Source: an uncultured bacterium
Lineage (GTDB): Bacteria; Fidelibacterota; Marinisomatia; Marinisomatales; Marinisomataceae
Reading direction: 5' to 3'
Assembly: GCA_943788675.1 (NCBI GenBank)
Contig: CALSRE010000002.1
Location: 73,371-137,370, forward strand
Length of the DNA stretch: 64,000 bases
Shown here: piece by piece, positions 17,765 to 26,814 of the stretch
Numbering within the stretch: the stretch's first letter is position 1
How the letters are laid out: every line of letters begins with the position of its first letter
Made by a program: the position numbers and the translations under genes
Notes under the pieces: model-generated
Database searches by the model: none
What the model was told of the DNA's origin: nothing
The model's input: only the letters and a program-made list of their open reading frames with translations

Positions 17765-18204
17765 TTGTAATACTTGTTATCGCCAAGCCTTAGGACATCA
17801 ATTCTAACCTTAACTGTACCTTGATTTACAAAGCCTAATTTTCTAGCAGCTTTGTAAGACAAATCGATTATTCTTCCGCTGACAAATGGCCCTCTATCGT
17901 TTATTACCAACTTCAACGATTTTCCATTTTCAAGATTAGTAACTCTTACTTTTGTTCCAAGAGGATATGATTTATGCGCTGCGCTCACTTTATACATATT
18001 AAAAATTTCACCATTAGCAGTTCTTTTCTTTTGAAACTTCTTTCCGTAATAAGAAGCAATACCTATTTGAGTTTTAGGATGATTTTTTATTGATTCAATT
18101 TGCTTGCGAGACATTCCTGTCGTATTAACATAATCTCCATAAGCTATGCTAGAACCGCATGATATAAGGAGGAATATGATTGAAAGAAGAATTTTTTTAT
18201 TCAT
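17761..18204 (-). CDS. rlpA: septal ring lytic transglycosylase RlpA-family lipoprotein
   Basis: 147 aa. Lipobox LLISC. DPBB domain motifs IASYYGKKFQKKRTANGE, AAHKSYPLGT and INDRGPFVSGRIIDLS. Confidence 0.85.
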   Translation of the reverse strand: MNKKILLSIIFLLISCGSSIAYGDYVNTTGMSRKQIESIKNHPKTQIGIASYYGKKFQKKRTANGEIFNMYKVSAAHKSYPLGTKVRVTNLENGKSLKLVINDRGPFVSGRIIDLSYKAARKLGFVNQGTVKVRIDVLRLGDNKYYK

Positions 18205-19258
18205 TAGAAAGCCTTTGATTTATTTGAGGAATTAATAGTGGATCTGTTACTAACAAGGTTGCCATTCCAGTTAAGGTGGCACCATTATCTAAAAGTTGTT
18301 TTACTTGCTCATAAGAACAAACTCCACCAGTAGCAACGATTGGAATAGAGTATTTTGAAGAAATCAACTGGACCATCTTCAATGTATTTTTGTAAAGATA
18401 TTTTCCGCTTAGACCTCCTCCTTCTTTAGAGAAAGTTTTTTGCGTTAAACCTACATTGCTTGCTCTGACATATTTTGAGTTACCAACATTAATGACCGTC
18501 TTTTCAATTTTAGATAAAATATTGCATATTGAAAGAATGTCATCAACTGAACTATCTGGGGAAACTTTTACAAAAATTACTCTAGAAGAAACATTTCTAA
18601 ATTTTTCTAGTAGTTTTTTTAGACTATCTAAATCATCGCTTAAGCATTTACCATCCTCTGTATTAGGACAACTTATATTTATCTCATAAAAAAATTGATC
18701 ATAATCAACAGAATTCAAATACCTATCTATTGAATTAAAAACTTCAAAATATTCCTTATCAGAATTTCCTCCAATGCTAACCCCAATTGGACGATTAAAA
18801 TTTATCAGCTTCTTGTTGGGTATAGATAATTTAAATTTTTCAACCCCTTTGTTTGGCAAACCTAACGAATTAAGTATTCCATACTCTCCCTGATATCTTA
18901 TTTCCTGTATTCTAGGCCTTAAATTGCCCTTTGAAGGCTTTTTCAGAACTGTTTTATAAGTTATACCGCCTATTCCCAATAACTGCCACTGAAGCAATGA
19001 ACTAACGTCGTCTTTGAATGAAGCTGAAATCAAAGGCGAAGCAAAGCTTAAATCATAAAGATTGGTTTGAATATCTTTTGGAACTTTAAATTTAAAAAAA
19101 TATCTGAATGGTGAAATCATTAGAAAATGATTTAAGGTGTCTCCAAAAATTATTGCTCTTTCTAAGTCTCTCGGTATTTTTGCTAGAACAGTAATAACAA
19201 ATCGCCTAATAGCCCTAAATTTAATGGAAAGAAGTTTTGCTCTGAACTTACTTAACAT
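18197..19258 (-). CDS. dihydroorotate dehydrogenase family protein
   Basis: 353 aa. TIM-barrel flavoenzyme motifs NSLGLPNKG, the cysteine-type active-site loop NISCPNT, GGLSG and VATGGV. A long N-terminal extension is present. Confidence 0.7.
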   Translation of the reverse strand: MLSKFRAKLLSIKFRAIRRFVITVLAKIPRDLERAIIFGDTLNHFLMISPFRYFFKFKVPKDIQTNLYDLSFASPLISASFKDDVSSLLQWQLLGIGGITYKTVLKKPSKGNLRPRIQEIRYQGEYGILNSLGLPNKGVEKFKLSIPNKKLINFNRPIGVSIGGNSDKEYFEVFNSIDRYLNSVDYDQFFYEINISCPNTEDGKCLSDDLDSLKKLLEKFRNVSSRVIFVKVSPDSSVDDILSICNILSKIEKTVINVGNSKYVRASNVGLTQKTFSKEGGGLSGKYLYKNTLKMVQLISSKYSIPIVATGGVCSYEQVKQLLDNGATLTGMATLLVTDPLLIPQINQRLSNE

Positions 19259-20858
19259 CCATTGCCTCCAATCTTTTTTTAGCTATTATAGCTTGTTGGC
19301 TAAAGGGATATTTATTAACAAGAAAATCGTAATAATATTTAGCACTATCAATTTCAGAAATTTCATAATCATAATATTGTCCTAAAAAGTAAGCCGCTAC
19401 CTTAGAAGATTCATTAGAATTATCAACTTTCAATACATCTTTATAAAGCGAAATTGAACTTGAGTATTTTTCTTTCATAACTAATTCCGCTTTTTTAAGC
19501 GCTTCAGAAGAATGATGAACAACTATTAAACCCTCTTTATCAATGATATATTTTGCAAAATCAGAATTACTAAAATCAGTTAATATGATAGATTTATACT
19601 TATTTCTTTCTATAGCAACATCCTCTAAAAGATACATTGAAAATAAAGATCTTAAATAATAATTCCCCTCATTATGATAATCGATAATCTTTTTAAAGTA
19701 ATACTTACCCGCATCCTCTTTATTTAATCTAAAAGATAATATTTCTCCTGTACGAAAAAGATTTTTATCAACCTTAACCCCCCGATCAATCTCATTACTA
19801 TATTTTATAAGCTTTGTCAGGTTATATTTATTTCTTTCTGCGAAATATTTAAATTCAGATTGTACTTCTTGAGATATTATTTCGTTTAAAAAAAATTTTG
19901 CTTTTTCAAAATCTTGGTATTCTTGCATTAAATAAATATTTGAAAGCATAAAATTTGCTTCTGCGGCAATTAAATCACCTCGATACTCTTGACCTATTCT
20001 GTCTAAATTATCAATAGCATATGATATTTTATTTCTATCAATTTCTATTTTTATAAGTTCTAATTCTAAATTTGCTTTAATATCATCAAAATTTTCGTCA
20101 AGTAATAATTCTTTAACTTTAATGGATGCCATATCAAATTTTTTACTCCTCCTAAAAATCTCAATTATTCTTAAATTTGATTCATAGATTTTTGATTTTT
20201 TCGATGACAAGCTCAAAAAATTTTGATAATTGCTAAGTGATACATCGTAATCTCCTTTTTCAAATGAAGAATTAGCTATAGAAAAATAAATTTTTTCCTT
20301 TATAAGTCTATCGCTAGTCAAATCTATCCCCCTATTAAGAAAGTCGTAAGCCTTAGAATAATTATTAATGCTTATATATATTTCTCCTAAGGAAAGAGCT
20401 ATTCTTGATTTTAAGTCTTTGTCTGTTGTTAAAATAAATAGTTCTTCAAGCTCTTTAATAGCTATAACAGGCTGTAAATTTTTCCACTTGATTAAAGATA
20501 GCCAATATAATGATTCATCTTTCAATTGTCTTTTATCGTTAGATATTATGTCTGAAAAAATAATTCTAGACTGATTAAGCTCACCCAAATAAAATAATGA
20601 CTTAGCTTTTATGAAAGTAGCATCTAAAACAAAGCGACTTTCAGGATATTCACGAATAAGTTTTTCGGCTTTTTCTAGCGCTTTTTGGTATTCTTTTAAA
20701 TATAATAAATCTTCTTTTTCTTCACTCTTTCTTCTTAAATCTTCAGCTCTTTTATAAATGTTTTCGGTATTATAAAAAGTATTAAAATATGCACAACTAT
20801 TTAAAAAAAGTAAAAGACATAAGTATTTTATTAATTTTAAGTTAAATTTATGCATCAC
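19248..20858 (-). CDS. TPR-repeat lipoprotein
   Basis: 536 aa. Signal plus lipobox LLFLNSC. Repeated A/Y/L-rich helical-hairpin pattern throughout. Confidence 0.6.
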   Translation of the reverse strand: MMHKFNLKLIKYLCLLLFLNSCAYFNTFYNTENIYKRAEDLRRKSEEKEDLLYLKEYQKALEKAEKLIREYPESRFVLDATFIKAKSLFYLGELNQSRIIFSDIISNDKRQLKDESLYWLSLIKWKNLQPVIAIKELEELFILTTDKDLKSRIALSLGEIYISINNYSKAYDFLNRGIDLTSDRLIKEKIYFSIANSSFEKGDYDVSLSNYQNFLSLSSKKSKIYESNLRIIEIFRRSKKFDMASIKVKELLLDENFDDIKANLELELIKIEIDRNKISYAIDNLDRIGQEYRGDLIAAEANFMLSNIYLMQEYQDFEKAKFFLNEIISQEVQSEFKYFAERNKYNLTKLIKYSNEIDRGVKVDKNLFRTGEILSFRLNKEDAGKYYFKKIIDYHNEGNYYLRSLFSMYLLEDVAIERNKYKSIILTDFSNSDFAKYIIDKEGLIVVHHSSEALKKAELVMKEKYSSSISLYKDVLKVDNSNESSKVAAYFLGQYYDYEISEIDSAKYYYDFLVNKYPFSQQAIIAKKRLEAMDVK

Positions 20859-20872
20859 ATTATTAATTTACT

Positions 20873-21160
20873 ATGAAGCTTGAAAAATTACAGAATATAA
20901 TTTCTAAAAAAATATCTGATGTCATTTCAGTAGATTTCATAAACGTTTATGATTACACTGCTCAGCATGAAAATCATGCTACCTTTGAGGGGAATTATCA
21001 TTTAAGCATGACATTAGTAAGTCCTGATTTTGATGAAATGAGCTTGATTGAGAGACATCAATTAGTATATAAGGCGCTTGACGAATATATGCATGGAGAA
21101 ATTCATGCACTCACAATGAAGACCCTTACTCCACAAGAGTACAAAAACAGTCAGAAATAA
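20873..21160 (+). CDS. bolA: BolA family protein
   Basis: 95 aa with the BolA layout. C-terminal ERHQLVYKALDEYMHGEIHALTMKTLTPQE carries the conserved His residues. Confidence 0.7.
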   Translation: MKLEKLQNIISKKISDVISVDFINVYDYTAQHENHATFEGNYHLSMTLVSPDFDEMSLIERHQLVYKALDEYMHGEIHALTMKTLTPQEYKNSQK

Positions 21161-22639
21161 ATGAATTCATTGCTGATTGTTTTAGGAAATCAATTATTTG
21201 ATAAAAAGCATCATCCCGATGAAGCAACAGATATCTTTATGTGTGAAAATTTTGACCTCTGTAGCTATAGAACACATCACAAAAAAAAAGTATCATTATT
21301 CTTATCTTCAATGAGAGAATATAAAGACGAAATGTCTTCTAGTTACAATATGCATTATAATGATTTTGATGGAGGATTTGAAAAATCATTCAAAACAAAA
21401 CTTGAGCAAACAATTTTAGATCTTAAGCCAAATAAGATTTTTGTTTACGAAGTGGAAGATAAAGATGTTGAATCTATGCTCTTTTCCTCTATTGATAGGC
21501 ATACTACTGAATTTGAAATCCTTCAATCTCCAATGTTTATGTTCTCTAGAAGTTATTTTGATGAATATCAAGAAGGTAAAAAGAATTTATTGCTTGAAAA
21601 TTTTTACAGAAAAACACGAAAAGAATTAAACATATTGATGGATAATGGCAAGCCTATTGGTGGACAATGGAACTATGATGAGTTAAATAGAAAAAAAATC
21701 CCAAAAGGACTTGAAATTCCTGAATCTAAAATCTATGCAAGCGAACACCTAAAACAAGTAAATGAGCTTATTGATAATGAATTTGCCGATAGTCCTGGCA
21801 CTACCTCAGAAAAATTCTGGATTCCTTTTAAAAGAAAAGATGCTTTAAATTATCTTAATGATTTTTTTAAAGTAAAATTTGAATTATTTGGACCTTACGA
21901 GGATGCAATTTATGAAGATCATAACTTTTTGTTTCATTCTGCAATAAGTCCACTGTTAAATATTGGCCTTTTAACACCAGGCGAGGTAATTGAAAAAGCT
22001 ATTATCTTTAGCAACAAAAATAATACTTCCCTTAATTCAGTTGAAGGTTTTGTTAGGCAAATAATGGGTTGGCGAGAATTTATAAGAGGAGTTTACCATA
22101 CAAGAGGCCATAAACAAATAGGTCAAAATTTCTTTAAAAATGAGCGAAAATTAACAAAAGATTGGTATGATGGTACTACTGGTATAGATCCGCTCGATAA
22201 CGCTATCAAGCTTACATTAGAGTATGGATACACTCATCACATAAATAGATTGATGGTAATTTCTAATATTATGAATCTTTCAGGAATTCATCCTGATGAA
22301 ATATATAGATGGTTTATGGAAATGTTTGCTGATTCTTCTGAATGGGTAATGGTACCAAATGTTTATGGCATGGGAACGTATGCAGATGGTGGAGTTTTTT
22401 CAACAAAGCCATACATTTGCGGTTCAAGCTATATAATGAAAATGAGCAATTTTAAAAAAGGACCTTGGTGCGATATTGTTGATGGGCTTTATTGGTCATT
22501 TATCAAAAATAATTTAGACTACTTTAAAACTAATCCTCGCCTAGCTGTTATGCCTAGAGCACTTGAAAGACTAAAACCCGAAAGAACTCAACTTATTTTT
22601 AGCGCTGCAAATAGATTTATTGAACATAAAACAAGATAG
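21161..22639 (+). CDS. cryptochrome/photolyase-related protein (CryB / bacterial (6-4)-photolyase-like, COG3046-type)
   Basis: 492 aa. N-terminus LIVLGNQLF, GWREFIRGVY, HINRLMVISN, and C-terminal KPYICGSSYIMKMSNF. Starts directly after the bolA stop. Confidence 0.75.
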   Translation: MNSLLIVLGNQLFDKKHHPDEATDIFMCENFDLCSYRTHHKKKVSLFLSSMREYKDEMSSSYNMHYNDFDGGFEKSFKTKLEQTILDLKPNKIFVYEVEDKDVESMLFSSIDRHTTEFEILQSPMFMFSRSYFDEYQEGKKNLLLENFYRKTRKELNILMDNGKPIGGQWNYDELNRKKIPKGLEIPESKIYASEHLKQVNELIDNEFADSPGTTSEKFWIPFKRKDALNYLNDFFKVKFELFGPYEDAIYEDHNFLFHSAISPLLNIGLLTPGEVIEKAIIFSNKNNTSLNSVEGFVRQIMGWREFIRGVYHTRGHKQIGQNFFKNERKLTKDWYDGTTGIDPLDNAIKLTLEYGYTHHINRLMVISNIMNLSGIHPDEIYRWFMEMFADSSEWVMVPNVYGMGTYADGGVFSTKPYICGSSYIMKMSNFKKGPWCDIVDGLYWSFIKNNLDYFKTNPRLAVMPRALERLKPERTQLIFSAANRFIEHKTR

Positions 22640-22651
22640 ACTTAAATATAT

Positions 22652-22852
22652 TTATTTTGAAAATGTCTTAAAAATGTGGACAAAAACAATCGCCGCATTT
22701 ACAAACAATAAACTCAAACTCCCTTGTATAATTGCATAAAACATCCATGCCAGACATCCCAATCCATTAATAAATCTCATTTTTAATCCATCAAAGAAGA
22801 AAGAAATAATAACGAGCGTGGAGCCTAACCAACCAACTAATTCAATATTCAT
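22652..22852 (-). CDS. small two/three-helix membrane protein
   Basis: 66-aa hydrophobic ORF. Its ATG overlaps the stop of an upstream 46-codon ORF (ATGA). Confidence 0.45.
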   Translation of the reverse strand: MNIELVGWLGSTLVIISFFFDGLKMRFINGLGCLAWMFYAIIQGSLSLLFVNAAIVFVHIFKTFSK

Positions 22853-22989
22853 ACTTTTCTTTTCTTTAGTTCTTTGATGATATTTCTTAATAATTCATTT
22901 GTTTCTTCTTGCCTAGTGACATAAAAATATAATGGATAAATACCTAAAGTAACCAAAGAAAGTAGGAGAAATTTTATGAAGTGCAGCAT
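22849..22989 (-). CDS. possible 46-aa single-pass membrane peptide (not in the ORF track)
   Basis: Hand translation gives MLHFIKFLLLSLVTLGIYPLYFYVTRQEETNELLRNIIKELKKRKV. It starts 2 nt after the stop of 22992-23561, and its TGA overlaps the next ATG. Confidence 0.4.
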   Translation of the reverse strand: MLHFIKFLLLSLVTLGIYPLYFYVTRQEETNELLRNIIKELKKRKV

Positions 22990-22991
22990 GA

Positions 22992-23561
22992 TTAGTTTTC
23001 ACTATAATTTGGTACAGGTGGTATACCTAATGAAATTTCAAACAAATCACTCTCTAATGATGAAATTTCTGATGATGGAGATTCAACAATCCTTCCAACC
23101 TCAGCATCTCCTATTTTAACAATTAAAGTTGGTACGTAACGAATATCTTTTCCTTCCTGTTCATTTTCAGGACTTATTTTTTCTCTATCGACTGTGACTA
23201 TCTTAACTTTGTCAAAATCAATTCCAAGATTATTAAATATCTTTTCTATTCTTGGAACTTCTCTCCTACTGTCGCCACACCATGTACCTAGAAATAGTTC
23301 AAAATTATATTGAAGAGGATTAGATATTGCAGCTAATAGTTCTTTGTCAACCTCATAGCCATCAAATTCAACAGGATACCAATCATTAAAAGGATATTGC
23401 TTTAACTCATCAATAACAATTTCACCTAACAGCATTGCCTCCCCAGTATTAGGATCTTCAAACATCCCATCCGGGATGTTTGAAGTCAAAAGCAACTTAT
23501 AAGATAATGCTAAACAAGCAATTGCTAAGCATAATGAAATATTTTTATTATTGATTATCAT
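22992..23561 (-). CDS. thioredoxin-fold protein with CxxS motif, membrane-anchored/secreted
   Basis: 189 aa with an N-terminal hydrophobic segment. LFLGTWCGDSRREVP (WCGDS) sits at the thioredoxin active-site position. Confidence 0.65.
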   Translation of the reverse strand: MIINNKNISLCLAIACLALSYKLLLTSNIPDGMFEDPNTGEAMLLGEIVIDELKQYPFNDWYPVEFDGYEVDKELLAAISNPLQYNFELFLGTWCGDSRREVPRIEKIFNNLGIDFDKVKIVTVDREKISPENEQEGKDIRYVPTLIVKIGDAEVGRIVESPSSEISSLESDLFEISLGIPPVPNYSEN

Positions 23562-24438
23562 TGTAGTACTTATATATTAAATAAGTACAAATAATAGTAC
23601 AAGACAAAGTAATTACCGAACCTTCAATTCCAAAAGTTCCGCCAGATACTATATCAGGAACATTTCCAGTATTTTCATGACTAATTATTTTCCATGAATC
23701 AACATTAATTCCACTTATTTCAAATCCAAATAATCCTTGAAAAAAATTCCATCCAAAATGGAAGAATGTTGGAAACCATAAATTTTTAGTGAAAGTATAA
23801 CTAATACCCAAAATAAACCCAGCAGCAAACAATTCAGTCATAGGAACCCATGTGCTCCAAACGTTAGGGTTTCCAGAATGTAATAATGCAAATAATACTG
23901 AAGATCCAGCAAGAGCAATCCATCTATTTTTTGTTGAATCCATCATACTATTTAAGATATATCCTCTAAATATAAGCTCTTCATCAAATGCTGCTAAAAA
24001 TAACATCATACTAACAACAAACACGCCAGGTTTAAATCCAACAAAACCAGTAACAGTGATTGCACCCATTATCCATAAAATTGCAAAAAGTCCGCCAATA
24101 AATGCTAAAGCAAAAGCAAGGCCAATTAGCATTTCATTAGTCTTATCTTTGATTGACAATCCAATAGACATTAAAGGTTTACGATCAATAAATTTGGTTG
24201 CTATCCAAAGTGATAAAAAACTTCCTGCAACCTGAAAAACTGTCATTAAAAGCATAACTGGAGAGTCAAAGCTCATATTAGCGAATAGAGCTTCTGCAGA
24301 TTCAGGATTTGCCATATCAACACCTGAAAGTAACATTACTAATATTGATCCAATAGTTACAACAAAACCCATTGTAATCATCCATAGTGGCATAAAAATA
24401 ATTGCTCTTAAAAATCCATTTTGTATTCTTGGTTCCAT
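23548..24438 (-). CDS. CPBP family intramembrane glutamic endopeptidase (CAAX-protease-like)
   Basis: 296 aa, polytopic. Motifs EELIFRGY, FALLH and FFHFGWN are spaced as in the CPBP/Abi family. Confidence 0.8.
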   Translation of the reverse strand: MEPRIQNGFLRAIIFMPLWMITMGFVVTIGSILVMLLSGVDMANPESAEALFANMSFDSPVMLLMTVFQVAGSFLSLWIATKFIDRKPLMSIGLSIKDKTNEMLIGLAFALAFIGGLFAILWIMGAITVTGFVGFKPGVFVVSMMLFLAAFDEELIFRGYILNSMMDSTKNRWIALAGSSVLFALLHSGNPNVWSTWVPMTELFAAGFILGISYTFTKNLWFPTFFHFGWNFFQGLFGFEISGINVDSWKIISHENTGNVPDIVSGGTFGIEGSVITLSCTIICTYLIYKYYNDNQ

Positions 24439-24451
24439 TTTATTTACCTTC

Positions 24452-24763
24452 CTATTTTTTTTCTTCTTTTTTAGTTTTCTCTGAAGCCTTTATTTTATTT
24501 TTAAGACTTTTATCAAAATTGTCTGAAATTTTTAACGAAGGATTATTATCCATTGTAGCAATAGCATCTTGCACTGACGTAATAAAAATTTCTTCTAAAT
24601 GTTTCTTAAAAAATCGAGTGATTTTAATTGTTAACCTCAGAGAAGGATCAAACTTGCCTGTTTCAATAGCATTTATTGTCTGTCTACTTACTTGCAAATT
24701 ATCTGCCAATTGTTGCTGGCTAATTTTTTTTTCGGTTCTTAGCTTTTTAATATTATTTTTCAT
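24452..24763 (-). CDS. XRE-family helix-turn-helix transcriptional regulator
   Basis: 103 aa. N-terminal HTH ISQQQLADNLQVSRQTINAIETGKFDPSL. The C-terminal tail is lysine-rich. Confidence 0.8.
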   Translation of the reverse strand: MKNNIKKLRTEKKISQQQLADNLQVSRQTINAIETGKFDPSLRLTIKITRFFKKHLEEIFITSVQDAIATMDNNPSLKISDNFDKSLKNKIKASEKTKKEEKK

Positions 24764-24812
24764 TCTTCGTAGAATTTTTTATAAAAATACATTTGACCAA
24801 TTACCATTCCAA

Positions 24813-25205
24813 TTATTGAGCAGAAAAAAAATCCATAAATTTTGGTTGGTAATCAACATAAATAGATAAATAACTTAGTAATAAACCAAAAATAGCAAAG
24901 CCCATAAAACCTGACATTAATGAAAAATCATGATATTTTTTATATAATTCATCTTGATTTTGATACAGTTCAAAAGAGTATTTTATTGTAAATATGCCAG
25001 CAATAGATGTAAGAGCTGGTAGAATATAGAATAGGTAAGGATGAAATATTTCTGACCACATTAAAAGGGATTGTTTATCAAGAGAAAGCCCTACAAAAAA
25101 ACCACAAAGGATAGCTGAAAATAAAACTTTTTTGGTAATATTTTTATCTTCTTTAATTAGTGAGGAATATTTAAACCATAATCCTTTATGTGTTATTTTA
25201 GTCAT
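24813..25205 (-). CDS. membrane protein co-transcribed with the XRE regulator
   Basis: 130 aa with about 4 hydrophobic helices. It is the first gene of a two-gene unit downstream of a divergent intergenic region. Confidence 0.5.
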   Translation of the reverse strand: MTKITHKGLWFKYSSLIKEDKNITKKVLFSAILCGFFVGLSLDKQSLLMWSEIFHPYLFYILPALTSIAGIFTIKYSFELYQNQDELYKKYHDFSLMSGFMGFAIFGLLLSYLSIYVDYQPKFMDFFSAQ

Positions 25206-25239
25206 TATTTGTCCTTAATTTATTATAATTTAGTATTTA

Positions 25240-25259
25240 ATGTAAAGTAAGCTTTACAT
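25240..25259. promoter_or_regulatory. 20-bp perfect palindrome, candidate operator
   Basis: atgtaaag-taag-ctttacat has 8-bp arms and a 4-nt spacer. It lies in the 80-nt divergent region between the membrane/XRE unit and the amidase gene. Confidence 0.35.
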
Positions 25260-25285
25260 ATGAAAATGTCAAGCCAGCTTCACTC

Positions 25286-26698
25286 ATGAGGAAAACAATG
25301 AAAAAAACTTTAATTATTTTAATTTTATTAATTATTTATGGATGTAATAAGTCTTTAGAATTGTCGTCAAAAGATATTGAAAAAAAATACAATATTTATA
25401 TCAGTAAACTTTCCAATGAACAAATTCAAGAGAATTTAAATAAAGGACTAAAGCCTATTGCTATTAAAGACAATATTGATGTTCAAGGATTTGCCAATAC
25501 AGCTGGATCTATTGCATTAAAAAATAACTTTCCAGATAACAACGCTTATTTAATCCAGAAATTAGTGGATAATGGTTATTTCGTTATTGGAAAAACAAAT
25601 CTTTCAGAATGGGCTAATTTCCGTTCCTCCTCCTCAACAAGCGGATGGTCTAGCATGGGAGGTCAAACCATCAATCCCTATGGAGAGATGCGTACTCCAT
25701 GCGGTTCTAGTTCAGGCTCAGGAGTAGTTGTTGCTACTGGACTAGTAGATGTTGCAATTGGTACTGAAACTAACGGATCAGTAAGCTGCCCTTCTTCCGT
25801 TAATGGTATTGTTGGTATTAAGCCAACGGTGGGACTTGTTAGTAGATCTGGAATTATTCCAATATCGCATACTCAAGATACAGCTGGACCAATGGCTGAT
25901 TCAGTTATAAATGCTGCTTCTATTTTAGAGATCATTGCAGGTAAAGATGAAAATGATCCTGCTACGCTCACTATTCCTCAAGACTTTGATTTTAACTTCA
26001 CTTCAAACTTAAATCAATCTGCTTTACAAGGTAAACGATTTGGACTATTACCTACAGGTAGTCAAAACACTGATGGAAAACTTATGTTGAAAAAAATGAG
26101 AATTATGTTCGAAGAAGCTGGAGCAATTGTTATAGATATTGAGGATACAAGAGAATATCCAGGTTCAGAAGAATTGCTTGTATTGTTATACGAATTCAAG
26201 GTTGGACTGGAGCAATTTCTAGCTAAGTCAAACTCTGAACTTAAAACGCTTGAGGAGCTAATAGCTTTCAATGAAGAAAATAAAGATGAAGTTTTAAAGC
26301 ATTTTGATCAAAGTCATTTTTATGACAGCAATGAAACATCCTCCCAAAAAGCAGAATATCTGTTAGCCTTAGAGCGTGTTTTACAAACTAGAGAAGAAAT
26401 TGATAACTTTATTAAAAAATATAATATAGAAGCTTTAATAGGATTATCTTGGAGTCCAGCATGGGCCATTAATCATGATGGCGGTGACGATCAAGCCATT
26501 GCAGAGTACAAATTTTGGGTTAATGGAAGCTTTGCTGCAATGGCAGGCTATCCTCATGTGACAATTCCGTTTGATTACATAGATAAACTTCCAATTGGAA
26601 TGTCATTTATTGGTTCAAAATGGGATGATAAAAAATTAATTGAGCTAGCTTATGCAGCAGAACAACTTATTCAATTCAAACCAACACCAAACATCTAA
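25286..26698 (+). CDS. amidase-signature family amidase, probable lipoprotein
   Basis: 470 aa. Lipobox LIIYGC. AS-family motifs KDNIDV and the glycine/serine-rich CGSSSGSGVVVA...GTETNGS. Confidence 0.85.
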   Translation: MRKTMKKTLIILILLIIYGCNKSLELSSKDIEKKYNIYISKLSNEQIQENLNKGLKPIAIKDNIDVQGFANTAGSIALKNNFPDNNAYLIQKLVDNGYFVIGKTNLSEWANFRSSSSTSGWSSMGGQTINPYGEMRTPCGSSSGSGVVVATGLVDVAIGTETNGSVSCPSSVNGIVGIKPTVGLVSRSGIIPISHTQDTAGPMADSVINAASILEIIAGKDENDPATLTIPQDFDFNFTSNLNQSALQGKRFGLLPTGSQNTDGKLMLKKMRIMFEEAGAIVIDIEDTREYPGSEELLVLLYEFKVGLEQFLAKSNSELKTLEELIAFNEENKDEVLKHFDQSHFYDSNETSSQKAEYLLALERVLQTREEIDNFIKKYNIEALIGLSWSPAWAINHDGGDDQAIAEYKFWVNGSFAAMAGYPHVTIPFDYIDKLPIGMSFIGSKWDDKKLIELAYAAEQLIQFKPTPNI

Positions 26699-26814
26699 TG
26701 ACTCAATATATAGAGATTGTTTTAATTGCAATAATGGCTTTTTTTATACTGTCTATTATTTTTATAATAATTAGAGATATAATTAGGGGAATAATGGATT
26801 GGTTTAAGAAGTAA
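26698..26814 (+). CDS. possible 38-aa single-pass membrane peptide (not in the ORF track)
   Basis: Hand translation gives MTQYIEIVLIAIMAFFILSIIFIIIRDIIRGIMDWFKK. Its ATG overlaps the amidase stop (TAATG), and it ends 1 nt before the convergent gene. Confidence 0.35.
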   Translation: MTQYIEIVLIAIMAFFILSIIFIIIRDIIRGIMDWFKK

